Positions 51,949 through 61,371 of a stretch of DNA of 64,000 bases are shown piece after piece. The stretch's first letter is position 1; each line of letters starts with the position of its first letter. Location: the NCBI GenBank assembly GCA_002347645.1, contig DDYF01000034.1, positions 1,907 to 65,906 on the forward strand, given 5' to 3'. Made by a program: the position numbers and the translations under genes. This DNA is from Thermoleophilia bacterium UBA2241. Lineage in GTDB: Bacteria > Actinomycetota > Thermoleophilia > UBA2241. The notes beneath the pieces were generated by a model. The model was given only the letters and a program-made list of their open reading frames with translations, was not told where the DNA came from and ran no database searches.

Positions 51949-53304
51949 ATGCGTCGCGACCCTCTGCCACCGACCCGGGTGATCGAGGCCCTCGAGCGTT
52001 TCGGGCCCCAAGCGCGACCGTACAACTTCGACGACATGTTCGACTGCTGGGGCCTGGTGCGCCGCGTCGTCGACTGGCTCGATCACGGCGACGAACTCAA
52101 CCACGAGCTCGGGACCGGTCCGGCGGCGGCAGAGGCGGAGAACTGGGCGCCGATCGACGGGCGCGACCAGCTCCTGCCGGGTGACATCCTCGCCTCGCAT
52201 CCACACGCCGCGCGCGACTTCCACGTCGTCGTCCACTGCGGCCGGGTCGGCGGCACCGATCTCGTCTACGACTCGTCGCCGCGCGGCGACGTCCCCCTGT
52301 TCGACGGCGCGGGTCGAATGACGCGCTGCCGGCCGCTCTTCACGCGCTACATGCGCGCCACCGAGACGACCGACCGAATGCGTCACGATGGCGGTGGCTG
52401 GCTCCGCCTGTACGACGAGCGTATGCGCTTCATGCACAGGGGGTGGCACGAGCGGCTGAGCGCCGCGAACCCGGGTCGCGAGCGTGAGCTGGTCGAGAGC
52501 AGACGGGCGGCCGGCCTCTCGGACCTGCCGTTCTACTGCACCGGCGCGCTCGAGCGTGACGCGCGCGGGCGTGAGGTCTACGACAATCGCGACACACGGC
52601 ACCTCGACTACTACACCCCGGACGGCGGGAAGCCAGGCCAGCTCGCCGCGCCGAGGATCGTCGGCGTCCCGCACCGCATCCTGCGCGAAGGCGAGTGGGT
52701 CGTGCGGTGGGACCCCGGCCCGGGGCAGGCGGTCGACGCATGGCGCGTCGAACTGTGGGAGGAGACGGTCGACCTATGGAAGCACCGTCTCCTCCGCGCC
52801 GACCTCGACACCGGGCAGCGTGCCTGGGCAGTGCCGCCCAATCTGCTGCGCGAGGACGCGCGGTTCGCCGTCGTCCTGTGGGCACGCGGACGGGGAGGAT
52901 TCTCCGGCAACGCGCTGGCGACGGTGCTCTGGCGTCCTCGCCCCGGCAACGGCCTGCTGCTCTACAACGCCGACCGGCCGCAGGATCTGTGGCCGGACGG
53001 GCTCGCCGTCGTCCAGCCGGAGGCGAGCGGCTTCGAGCTCACATGGTCGATCGCCGACCCGGCGTTCACGCAACTTGCAGCGCGTGTCCGCGTGTTCGAG
53101 GGCGCGTGCCTCGCCGACGACGCCGAGCCCGTCTTCGAGGCGTTCCTCGAAGGCGAGGCCGCGTCGCGCTGTCGGACCACCGTGACCGCAGGCGCGTTGC
53201 GCCCCGGGCGCACCTACGCCTGGTACGTCGAGGTGCGCGACGCCCTCGGCCGGTGGTGTTACGCTCCCTCGGAAGGCCTCTTCCTACTGGAGGACCACGA
53301 GTGA
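51949..53304 (+). CDS. hypothetical protein with an N-terminal NlpC/P60-like Cys-His peptidase signature
   Basis: ATG at residue 354 of ORF 50890..53304. FDCWGLVRRVV ... PGDILASHP...FHVVVHCG resembles the NlpC/P60 catalytic Cys and His context. The C-terminal ~300 aa is unassigned and beta-rich. Confidence 0.6.
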   Translation: MRRDPLPPTRVIEALERFGPQARPYNFDDMFDCWGLVRRVVDWLDHGDELNHELGTGPAAAEAENWAPIDGRDQLLPGDILASHPHAARDFHVVVHCGRVGGTDLVYDSSPRGDVPLFDGAGRMTRCRPLFTRYMRATETTDRMRHDGGGWLRLYDERMRFMHRGWHERLSAANPGRERELVESRRAAGLSDLPFYCTGALERDARGREVYDNRDTRHLDYYTPDGGKPGQLAAPRIVGVPHRILREGEWVVRWDPGPGQAVDAWRVELWEETVDLWKHRLLRADLDTGQRAWAVPPNLLREDARFAVVLWARGRGGFSGNALATVLWRPRPGNGLLLYNADRPQDLWPDGLAVVQPEASGFELTWSIADPAFTQLAARVRVFEGACLADDAEPVFEAFLEGEAASRCRTTVTAGALRPGRTYAWYVEVRDALGRWCYAPSEGLFLLEDHE

Positions 53305-54416
53305 CCCTTCTACTGTCGGCGCGCACGATGGACCTGGAGACGGCGGTGCCCTTTGGCATCGCGCGCTGGACGCACTCGACGTTCGAGAACTACGTGGTGA
53401 CGCTGACGGCCCCCGACGGCGCCTGCGGGTCGGGTGAGGCCGCACCGAACCGGCGCTATGGGGAGGCACGGGCCGAAGGGCTGGCGCTCCTCGAGCGCCT
53501 GGCGCCGGGCATCGCGGACCTCGACGCGCCGGCGGCAGTCGAGGGCTTCTGCGACGAGCTCGCGTTCGATGCCGAGGCGGCCGCGTTCAGTCGCGGCGAG
53601 CCGCCGGCCGCCTTCGGTGCCGGCGCCCCGCCGTGGCCGGGCCTTCGCGCCGCCCTCAGCGCCGCCGCCTGGGACCTGGCCGGCAAGCAGGCGGGCGAGC
53701 CCGTCTGGCGCATGCTCGGGTTCCAGCGACCGTCGGTGCGCACGTCGTTCACGATCGCCATCGGAGCGCCGGACGAGATGGTGGCGCAGGCGCGCGCCGC
53801 GGAAGGCTTCGGCACACTCAAGGTCAAGCTCGGCTTCGACGGAGACCTCGAGGTGGCGCGGTCGCTGGCGCGCGCCCTGCCCGGAAAGACCCTGCGTTTC
53901 GACGCCAACGAAGGCTGGGACCGCGAGCGCGCGGCCCGCGCCGTCGAGACGCTGGCGGGCATGGGCGCGGAACTCGTCGAGCAGCCGCTCCCGGCCGCGG
54001 CCGCAGACGATCAACTTTGGCTTCGCGAGCGTTCGCCGCTCCCCCTGTTCGCCGACGAGGCCGTCCTCACGCTGGCCGACCTCGAGTCAATCGCCGAGCT
54101 CTACGACGGCGTCGTGGTGAAGCTCGCGAAGGCAGGTGGTATCGCGCACGCCTTCGCGCTCACGTCGGCCTGCCACGGGCGGGGCCTGCAGGTCCTGCTC
54201 GGGTGCATGGTGGAGTCGAGCCTCGGCATCGCCGCGGCCCTGCAGATCGCCGGGCTCGCGGACCACGTGGACCTGGACGGCGCCCTGCTGCTGGCCGCGG
54301 ACCCGTACGAAGGCATCACCGTCGACGGCGACCAGCTGACCGCTTCGGACGAGCCCGGCCTGGGCGTGCGGCCGCGGGGGGAGGGGGCGCGGGACACCGG
54401 CGGAGTGGCACGGTGA
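53301..54416 (+). CDS. dipeptide (L-Ala-D/L-Glu) epimerase, enolase superfamily
   Basis: GTG at residue 203 of ORF 52695..54416 overlaps the upstream stop (alternative ATG 53328). FGTLKVKLG, LRFDANEGW, ELVEQPLP, LFADEAV, VVVKLAKAGGI, GCMVESSLG follow the MLE-subgroup metal and acid-base residue order. Confidence 0.8.
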   Translation: MTLLLSARTMDLETAVPFGIARWTHSTFENYVVTLTAPDGACGSGEAAPNRRYGEARAEGLALLERLAPGIADLDAPAAVEGFCDELAFDAEAAAFSRGEPPAAFGAGAPPWPGLRAALSAAAWDLAGKQAGEPVWRMLGFQRPSVRTSFTIAIGAPDEMVAQARAAEGFGTLKVKLGFDGDLEVARSLARALPGKTLRFDANEGWDRERAARAVETLAGMGAELVEQPLPAAAADDQLWLRERSPLPLFADEAVLTLADLESIAELYDGVVVKLAKAGGIAHAFALTSACHGRGLQVLLGCMVESSLGIAAALQIAGLADHVDLDGALLLAADPYEGITVDGDQLTASDEPGLGVRPRGEGARDTGGVAR

Positions 54417-54458
54417 GACACGGTCTGGTGCGGGGTGCGGCGCTGTGCGCCGCAGCCG

Positions 54459-55205
54459 TCAGCCCGCCGACGCGCCGCCTGCCCCGGTGAGCTCGGCGAC
54501 GAGCGCCGCGCCCAGCCGCGAGACCGCCTCATACCCCTCGCCCTCGTTGGTGAGCACCGCAAGCACGATGGTGGCGTCGCCGCGGCGCACGAGGCAGCAG
54601 TCGTGGGTGTAACGGCCCTCCGGGGCGTCGTCGCCCAGCTTGCCGGCGTACAGTGCGTCGTCCGGCAGGTAGCGGGCGATGCCGCCGAGGTGCTCGGTCT
54701 TCTCCAGCGACGCGACGACGGGCTCGCGTACGGCCACGCTGAGACGCGGTCCTTGCGCGAGCTCTGCCAGCAGCGTCGCCATGTCGCGCGCGCTCGTGGT
54801 GTTCTCGCGACCCGCCTCGCGCGCCGCGCCGTCCATCATGGCGCGGCGCAGGCGGGTGGCTGGCAGGCCGAGCTCGGCCGCGAGGGCGTTCGACTTCTCG
54901 AAGCCGACGAAGCCGAGCACGATATTGGTCGCGTCGTTGTCGCTGACGGCGAGCGAGAGGTGCACGAGGTCGGCGAGGGTGACCTTCGCCGCGTGGCGGA
55001 AGCCGTGCAGCACGCCGGAGCCGCCGACGGCCTGCCAGGGCTGGAAGGCGTACGGCTCGGCCTCGCGCAGGTCACCGCTCTCGACGGCGCGCCAGAACGC
55101 AGCGGCGAGCAGCAGCTTGATGGTGCTCCACGACGGCATGACCACGTCGGCGCCGGCGGCGAGTTCGCGACCCGAGGCGAGGTCGCGCGCGCAGTACGCG
55201 ATCAC
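54459..55205 (-). CDS. class A beta-lactamase-like serine hydrolase, no signal peptide
   Basis: 248-aa ORF. SWSTIK (SxxK), SDN in LAVSDNDATN, and a later GKLGD (KTG-like). The N-terminus is short and lacks a leader. Confidence 0.65.
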   Translation of the reverse strand: MIAYCARDLASGRELAAGADVVMPSWSTIKLLLAAAFWRAVESGDLREAEPYAFQPWQAVGGSGVLHGFRHAAKVTLADLVHLSLAVSDNDATNIVLGFVGFEKSNALAAELGLPATRLRRAMMDGAAREAGRENTTSARDMATLLAELAQGPRLSVAVREPVVASLEKTEHLGGIARYLPDDALYAGKLGDDAPEGRYTHDCCLVRRGDATIVLAVLTNEGEGYEAVSRLGAALVAELTGAGGASAG

Positions 55206-55263
55206 CGGTCGCCGTCTCGTCTTCCGCCGGCGATGACGCCGCCGGCTCTCGCGGGCCGCACGG

Positions 55264-56037
55264 TCACGTCACCGCGTGCGCACCGGCATCGACGTGCACG
55301 ACCTCTCCCGTGATCGCCCGCGACAGGTCGCTCAGCAGGAAGACGGCGGCGTCGGCGACCTCGCCGGCCGTGACGTTGCGGCGCAGCGGCGTGTGGCTCT
55401 CGAGCAGGTCGAGCATGCCGCTGAAGTCCTTGATGGTGCGTGCCGCGACCGTGGCGATCGGGCCGGCCGAGACCGCGTTCACGCGGACGCCGGCCGGCCC
55501 CAGGTCGGCGGCCAGGTAGCGCACGGAGCTCTCGAGGCTCGCCTTGGCCGGACCCATGACGTTGTAGTTCGGGATCACGCGCCACGATCCGGCGTAGGTC
55601 ATCGTCACGATGGAGCCGCCCTCGGTCATGAGCCGCTGCGCCTCGCGGGCGAGGGCGATGAGGGAGTACGAGCTGATGTCGTTCGCGGCCGCGAAGCCGG
55701 CGCGCGTGGTCTGGACGAACTTGCCCTGGAGGTCCTCGGCGGGTGCCCAGGCGATGCTGTGGACGACGCCGTGCAGGACGGGCATGTGCGCGGCCAGATC
55801 ATCGACCGCCGCGCTGACCGCCGCGTCGCTGGCGACGTCCAGTTCGATCATGGCCGCGCCTCCGAGCTCGACGGCGAGTCGCTCCACGCGACCACGAAGC
55901 CGTTCGGCCTGGTACGTGAGCGCGACGGCTCCGCCCTCGCGGTGGACCGCCTCGGCGACCGACCAGGCGATGGACCGCTGGTTGGCGGCGCCGGTGACGA
56001 GCACGTTCTTGCCGCTCAGCAACCCAGCCACGCGCAC
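55264..56037 (-). CDS. fabI: enoyl-[acyl-carrier-protein] reductase (NADH)
   Basis: 257-aa ORF. GKNVLVTGAANQRSIAW, SIAWAP, YNVMGPAKASLE (Y-x6-K), VNAVSAGPI. Confidence 0.9.
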   Translation of the reverse strand: MRVAGLLSGKNVLVTGAANQRSIAWSVAEAVHREGGAVALTYQAERLRGRVERLAVELGGAAMIELDVASDAAVSAAVDDLAAHMPVLHGVVHSIAWAPAEDLQGKFVQTTRAGFAAANDISSYSLIALAREAQRLMTEGGSIVTMTYAGSWRVIPNYNVMGPAKASLESSVRYLAADLGPAGVRVNAVSAGPIATVAARTIKDFSGMLDLLESHTPLRRNVTAGEVADAAVFLLSDLSRAITGEVVHVDAGAHAVT

Positions 56038-56143
56038 ATCGCCTCCCTTGCAGTCCGGCCTCGTCCTCTGCGTGCGAGAGAGTCTACCCGAGGTACCGAC
56101 GGCGAACGACGCCCCCGCGCCGTTCGCCGTCGGCCCAGGCCGC

Positions 56144-57022
56144 TCACTCCACGGTGACGTCCGTCGGGTCGATGTCCTTCGACAGCGGCTCCGCCAGCGC
56201 GGGCGCGCCCCGGTAGGTGAAGTGCAGCAGACCGGTCGCGTCTTTGCCGGCCCCCGCGAGCGGGCTTGGCGCGTCGTCTCCCGCGCCTTCGACCGGGAGG
56301 AGGAAGAGGAGGTGCAGGAGGTCCGGCAACGCCGGCTGCAGCACGACCGACAGCGTGATCGTCTCGGGCGCGCTCCCCTTGAGGACGCGTTCCACGGCGA
56401 ACTCCTGGCGTCCGGAGGCGGGCGTCAGGGCGCGCGCGACGACGATTGTCTGGAAGCCCTTCGGGTCGGGGAGGGTCCGTTCGCGAGACGGGGCCACGCC
56501 GTCGACGACCGGCCCGCCGGCGCTCTCGGCTGCGCCGAACGACCCCTGCTCGCCTTCGTTCGCCTTCTCCGCGACTCCGGTCGTGAGGGCCTCGTCGGCC
56601 GTGCGCTCGACGCCGAGCTGCTGCACGCCGACGATGCCCGCGACCAGCACGAGGGCGATCGCCACGGCCGGGGCGAGGACGCGCAGCCAGCGGGGGCGCC
56701 GACGCGCCGCGACCCTCGGCGCCTGCGCGACGAGCTCACGAAGCTCGCCCCACCGGGGGTCGTCCAGGTCGCTGTAGTGATCCGGAGGTGGCGGGACGAC
56801 CCGTTCCAGACCCGCGGCGACCCCAGTCATCTCCTCGCGCATCGCCGAGAGTCGTCGCCGCAGCTCGGGGTCTCGCTGCGCCGCCGCCTCGAGCTCAGGG
56901 TCGGTCCCAAGCCCGAGGACCAAGTGGAGGAGGCGGTCGTCATCGAACGGGCGGCCACGGTCCAACGACCCGCCGTTGCCGGCGGGGCGCCCGCCGGAAT
57001 GGATGTCGTCGCGTTCGGTCAT
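56144..57022 (-). CDS. putative anti-sigma factor (single TM helix)
   Basis: 292-aa ORF directly downstream of the ECF sigma gene. The central helix is WLRVLAPAVAIALVLVAGIVGV. No conserved enzymatic motif. Confidence 0.6.
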   Translation of the reverse strand: MTERDDIHSGGRPAGNGGSLDRGRPFDDDRLLHLVLGLGTDPELEAAAQRDPELRRRLSAMREEMTGVAAGLERVVPPPPDHYSDLDDPRWGELRELVAQAPRVAARRRPRWLRVLAPAVAIALVLVAGIVGVQQLGVERTADEALTTGVAEKANEGEQGSFGAAESAGGPVVDGVAPSRERTLPDPKGFQTIVVARALTPASGRQEFAVERVLKGSAPETITLSVVLQPALPDLLHLLFLLPVEGAGDDAPSPLAGAGKDATGLLHFTYRGAPALAEPLSKDIDPTDVTVE

Positions 57023-57080
57023 CGTGTCGCACCCTCGGCTGTGGCCGGGCGGTTCCTCTCGGACTGCCGATCACGCACGG

Positions 57081-57635
57081 TCATATCTCACGGTCGTACC
57101 CGGCTTCGGTCAGCACCTGTCGCAGCCGGGCCAGAGCGGTGTGCAGTCGGGACTTGACGGTGCCCAACGGCACGTCCTGCGCCGCGGCGATGCTCTCCAG
57201 CGAGAGGTCGGCGAAGAAGCGGAGCGCGACCGTCTCGCGGAAGTCCGGCGTGAGCTGGTCCAGGGCGGCGCGCAGCGCCGGGTCGGCGGCCGTCGCGTGC
57301 TGCGCGGGATCCATTGACGGTGAGGCTGTGCCCGCCGACCGTTCCGCCGCCAGCTGCTCGAGCCGCTCGACCAGCCCGCGTCGCGTCTTGCGCCGCCGGC
57401 CTTGATCGCGCCCCGTGTTCAGGATGAGGCGGTAGAACCACGCCAGGAATCGCTCCTCGGCCGGGAGGTCCGCCCGGAACACCTTGATGAAGACCTCTTG
57501 CACGGCGTCGTCCACCTCGTCGCAGAGTCCCTGGAGGAAGAGGATGCGGCGCACCTGCGGCGCGTACCTGCGAAAGAACTCGGCACGCGCCTCCGGTTGC
57601 GCCCGGCCCATGCGGGCCGCGAGGCCGCCCGGCAA
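57081..57635 (-). CDS. ECF-type RNA polymerase sigma-70 factor
   Basis: 184-aa ORF. Region 2 is DDAVQEVFIKVF...FLAWFYRLILNTGRD. Region 4 is FRETVALRFFADLSLESIAAAQDVPLGTVKSRLHTALARLR. Confidence 0.85.
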   Translation of the reverse strand: MPGGLAARMGRAQPEARAEFFRRYAPQVRRILFLQGLCDEVDDAVQEVFIKVFRADLPAEERFLAWFYRLILNTGRDQGRRRKTRRGLVERLEQLAAERSAGTASPSMDPAQHATAADPALRAALDQLTPDFRETVALRFFADLSLESIAAAQDVPLGTVKSRLHTALARLRQVLTEAGYDREI

Positions 57636-57731
57636 CTCGTCGATTCTCTGCCTCCAGAGGGAGTGACGCCTGGCTCGCAGACGGGGTTCGCCGCGACGGG
57701 CAGAGTATAGCCGCGTCGCGGCTCCGGGTCG

Positions 57732-58751
57732 TCAGGGCGGGGAGAGCAGAGCCGGGGAGCCGTCCGGGGGGTCCTGCCCCCTGCCGAGGCGACGGACCTC
57801 CTCCTCCAGCTCGTACCCGCTATGCTCGCGCACGCGACGCTTGACCTCGGCGGCCAAGGCGAGGATGTCGGCGGCCGTCGCGCCGTCGAGCGCCACGAGG
57901 AAGTTCGCGTGCTTCTCGCTCACGCGGGCGCGCCCCACGGTGAGGCCCTTCAACCCGGCCCCCTCGATGAGACGCGCCGCCGGCAGCTCGCGTGACGGGT
58001 TCTTGAAGTAGCTGCCACACGACGAGTACTCGAGGGGATGCTTGCTCCGGCGCAGGCCGGCGTCCTGGGCGATCTCCGCGCGCAGCGCCTCGGGGTCGCC
58101 CCGGTCCAGGCGGAACATCGCGGAGAGGGCGACAAGGTCCGGCCGGGTCTTGAACGCGCTGGCGCGGTACTCGAAGGCGAGCTCCGCCGGAGTGGCGCGA
58201 CGCTCGCGACTACCCTCCAGGACCTGCACTTCGACGAGCACGTCGCTCATCGCGCGTCCGTAGGCGCCCGCGTTGCCGACGATCGCGCCGCCGACCGAGC
58301 CCGGTATGTTGCCGGCGAACTCGAGACCGGCGAGACCTTGTGCGGCCAGGTCGGCGACGAGGCCGGGCAGCTCCGCGCCGGCCTCGACGCGGAGCAGGCC
58401 GGCGTCGATCTCGTAGCGCTCGTTGCGCGCCAGCACGACGAGGCCCGGCAGGCCTGCGTCACCGACGAGCACGTTGGTCCCCCGTCCGAGCACCGTCAGG
58501 GGGATCCCGAGGTCGAGCGCCAGGCGGACGGCATACGCGAGTGCGTTCGTGTCACGCGCCGCGAAGAGGAACTCGGCGGGTCCGCCGACGCCGTAGGCGC
58601 AGAGGGGCGCGAGGGGCACGGCCTCCTCGAGGCCGGGCAGCTCGCGCCTCAGGATGTCCCGCAGGTCGTCCACACGAGCATCGTAGCATCGCAGGGCTCC
58701 CGGCGGCCGCGCACGGGTCACGGCGCCGACGGGGTCGTGGTCATGCCGCAT
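57732..58751 (-). CDS. murB: UDP-N-acetylenolpyruvoylglucosamine reductase
   Basis: 339-aa ORF. YGVGGPAEFLF, LTVLGRGTNVLV, IPGSVGGAIVGNAGAYG, SCGSYFKNP, HANFLV. The start is uncertain (ATG 58751 or GTG 58673). Confidence 0.85.
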   Translation of the reverse strand: MRHDHDPVGAVTRARPPGALRCYDARVDDLRDILRRELPGLEEAVPLAPLCAYGVGGPAEFLFAARDTNALAYAVRLALDLGIPLTVLGRGTNVLVGDAGLPGLVVLARNERYEIDAGLLRVEAGAELPGLVADLAAQGLAGLEFAGNIPGSVGGAIVGNAGAYGRAMSDVLVEVQVLEGSRERRATPAELAFEYRASAFKTRPDLVALSAMFRLDRGDPEALRAEIAQDAGLRRSKHPLEYSSCGSYFKNPSRELPAARLIEGAGLKGLTVGRARVSEKHANFLVALDGATAADILALAAEVKRRVREHSGYELEEEVRRLGRGQDPPDGSPALLSPP

Positions 58752-58798
58752 CGCGTGTCCGGGGGTATGCTTCGCGGGTCACGTCCACAGGAGCAGCC

Positions 58799-60103
58799 AT
58801 GACCGAACAGGACACCGCGCCGCCCGCGCCCTTGGGCTTCGAGACCCTGGCGTTGCACGCGGGGCAGGAGCCCGACCCGGCGACCGGGGCGCGCGCCTTG
58901 CCGATCTACCAGACCACCGCGTACGTGTTCGAGAGCGCCGAGCACGCCGCGCGGCTCTTCGACCTGCAGGAGCCGGGCAACATCTACACGCGCATCATGA
59001 ACCCGACGACGGACGTGCTCGAGAGGCGCGTCGCCGCCCTCGAGGGCGGCGTCGCCGCCGTCGCGTTCGCGTCCGGGCAGTCGGCGATCGCGTTCGCCAT
59101 CCTGAACATCGCCGCTGCCGGCGACCACGTGGTCTCCTCGTCCAGCCTCTACGGGGGGACGCACACGTTGTTCACGCACACCCTGGCGAAGATGGGCATC
59201 ACGGTCACCTTCGTCGAGCAGGGCGACCTTGATGCAGTCCGCGCTGCCGTGCGCTCCGAGACGAAGCTCCTGTACGTCGAGAGCGTGGGGAACCCGCGCC
59301 TCGACACCGCGGACCTCGAAGGGCTGGCCGGGATCGCGCACGAGGCCGGCGTGCCGCTGGTGGTCGACAACACCATGCCGACACCGTACCTGGTGCGCCC
59401 GCTCGATCACGGCGCCGACCTCGTCGTCCACTCGCTGACCAAGTTCCTCGGGGGCCACGGCACGTCCATGGGCGGTGTCGTCGTCGACGGCGGCCGCTTC
59501 GACTGGGCGGCGAGCGGCCGCTTTCCCGGCCTCGTCGAGCCCGACGCGAGCTACCACGGGCTCAGATATGTGGAGGCGTTCGGCGACGCCGCGTATGCCG
59601 TCAAGTTGCGCGTGACGATGCTCCGCGACGTCGGCGCGGCGCTCTCGCCCTTCAACGCCTTTCTCATCACCCAGGGTGTCGAGACGCTGCCGTTGCGCAT
59701 GGAGCGGCACAGCGAGAACGCCCAGGCTGTGGCCGAGTTTCTCGAAGCGCACGAGAAGGTCGGCTGGGTGACCTACCCCGGTCTGCGTTCGTGCCCGTGC
59801 CACGATCTCGCGGTCGAGTACCACTACCGGGGGCTGTATGGGGCGATGATCGGCTTCGGGATCGCGGGTGGCCGTGAGGCCGGGCGTCGGTTCGTCGAGG
59901 GGACGAGGCTCCTGTCGCACCTGGCCAACATCGGCGACGCGAAGTCCCTGTGCATCCACCCGGCCACGACGACGCACGCGCAACTCACGCCCGACGAACA
60001 GGGCGCCGCCGGGGTCACCGACGATTTCGTGCGCCTGTCGATCGGTCTCGAGACCGTCGGGGACATCCTGGGCGACGTCGCCCAGGCGCTGGACGCGGCC
60101 TGA
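58799..60103 (+). CDS. metY: O-acetylhomoserine sulfhydrylase (PLP-dependent)
   Basis: ATG at residue 154 of ORF 58340..60103, with AGGAG 5 nt upstream. GFETLALHAGQ, PIYQTTAYVF, YTRIMNPT, HSLTKFLGGHGT (PLP Lys). Confidence 0.85.
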   Translation: MTEQDTAPPAPLGFETLALHAGQEPDPATGARALPIYQTTAYVFESAEHAARLFDLQEPGNIYTRIMNPTTDVLERRVAALEGGVAAVAFASGQSAIAFAILNIAAAGDHVVSSSSLYGGTHTLFTHTLAKMGITVTFVEQGDLDAVRAAVRSETKLLYVESVGNPRLDTADLEGLAGIAHEAGVPLVVDNTMPTPYLVRPLDHGADLVVHSLTKFLGGHGTSMGGVVVDGGRFDWAASGRFPGLVEPDASYHGLRYVEAFGDAAYAVKLRVTMLRDVGAALSPFNAFLITQGVETLPLRMERHSENAQAVAEFLEAHEKVGWVTYPGLRSCPCHDLAVEYHYRGLYGAMIGFGIAGGREAGRRFVEGTRLLSHLANIGDAKSLCIHPATTTHAQLTPDEQGAAGVTDDFVRLSIGLETVGDILGDVAQALDAA

Positions 60104-60159
60104 CGGCCGGTGAGCGTGACGGCACCGGCGGGCCTCCTGCTCCGCTACAATCGCGAGCC

Positions 60160-61362
60160 ATGAGTGACGTCAGAAGGACATCGTCCTTGGAGATCGGCGA
60201 CGTGCCGGCGGGCTTCGGCGACGACGTCGGCTCGGCTGGCATCGTGCGCACGAAGCACGTCACGTTCGACCAGCCGGGCCGGACGCTCAGCCTCGAGGGC
60301 GGCGGCGAACTCTGGCCGGTGACCATCGCCTACGAGACGTACGGCACGCTGAGCAAGACGCGCGACAACGCCATCATGGTGTTCCATGCGCTGTCCGGGG
60401 ACGCCCACGCCGCGGGGCGTCGCAGCACCAATGACAAGCGGGCCGGCTGGTGGGACATCGTCATCGGGCCGGGTAAGGCGCTGGACACCGACCGGTACTT
60501 CGTGATCAGCGCCAACGTCATCGGCGGCTGCAGTGGCTCGACCGGCCCGTCCTCGATCGATCCCGCAACGGGCAAGCCGTACGGCACGCGCTTCCCCATC
60601 ATCACCATCGCCGACATGGTCGAGGCCCATCTGCTGCTGCTCGACCACCTCGGCATCGACAAGCTGCTCGCCGCCGTGGGCGGGTCGATGGGCGGCATGC
60701 AGGTCCTCGAGATGGCCGTGTCGCATCCCGACCGGCTGCACCTGGTGGTCGCCCTGGCGACCGCTGCCCGGCAGCCCACCCAGGCGATCGCCTTCAACGA
60801 GGTCGGGCGCCAGGCGATCATGGCCGACCCGGACTGGCGCGACGGCCACTACTACGGCGGCAAGCCGCCGTCCAAGGGCCTTGCCGTCGCGCGCATGGTC
60901 GGCCACATCACGTACCTCTCGGACGAAGCCATGCAGGAGAAGTTCGGCCGTCGCCTGCAGGACATCCAGCAGTACACGTTCACGTTCGACGCCGATTTCG
61001 AGGTCGAGAGCTACCTGCGCCATCAGGGGCTGGCGTTCACCAACCGCTTCGACGCCAATACGTATCTGTACATCACGCGGGCGCTCGACTACTTCGACCT
61101 CTCGCGCCGTCACGGCAGCCTCGTCTCGGCGTTCCGCGAAGTGAAGTCACGCTTCCTCGTGCTGTCGTTCTCGAGCGACTGGCTCCACCCGCCGTACCAG
61201 CTCAAGGAGATCGTCAGCGCTCTGCGCGCGACGCACAAGCACGTGAGCTACTACGAGGTGTCGAGCCGCTACGGCCACGACGCCTTCCTGCTCGAGCGCG
61301 AGAAGATGGAAGGCGTGATCGGCGCCTTCCTCGCCAGCGGCGCACGGTCCTTCGCCCCGTAA
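60160..61362 (+). CDS. metX: homoserine O-acetyltransferase
   Basis: ATG at residue 71 of ORF 59950..61362. NAIMVFHALSGDAHAAG, VGGSMGGMQVLE (nucleophile elbow), SDWLHPP, GHDAFLLE. Confidence 0.9.
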   Translation: MSDVRRTSSLEIGDVPAGFGDDVGSAGIVRTKHVTFDQPGRTLSLEGGGELWPVTIAYETYGTLSKTRDNAIMVFHALSGDAHAAGRRSTNDKRAGWWDIVIGPGKALDTDRYFVISANVIGGCSGSTGPSSIDPATGKPYGTRFPIITIADMVEAHLLLLDHLGIDKLLAAVGGSMGGMQVLEMAVSHPDRLHLVVALATAARQPTQAIAFNEVGRQAIMADPDWRDGHYYGGKPPSKGLAVARMVGHITYLSDEAMQEKFGRRLQDIQQYTFTFDADFEVESYLRHQGLAFTNRFDANTYLYITRALDYFDLSRRHGSLVSAFREVKSRFLVLSFSSDWLHPPYQLKEIVSALRATHKHVSYYEVSSRYGHDAFLLEREKMEGVIGAFLASGARSFAP

Positions 61363-61371
61363 GAGAGCCCC

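Noticed and set aside
58674-58798. Possible SAM riboswitch ahead of metY, because GGTCATGCCGC...GTCCGGGGG vaguely recalls the SAM-IV start.
   Set aside because: The available space is at most about 125 nt, and only about 47 nt if murB starts at 58751. I could not trace the SAM-I or SAM-IV helices or conserved cores, so the resemblance is superficial.
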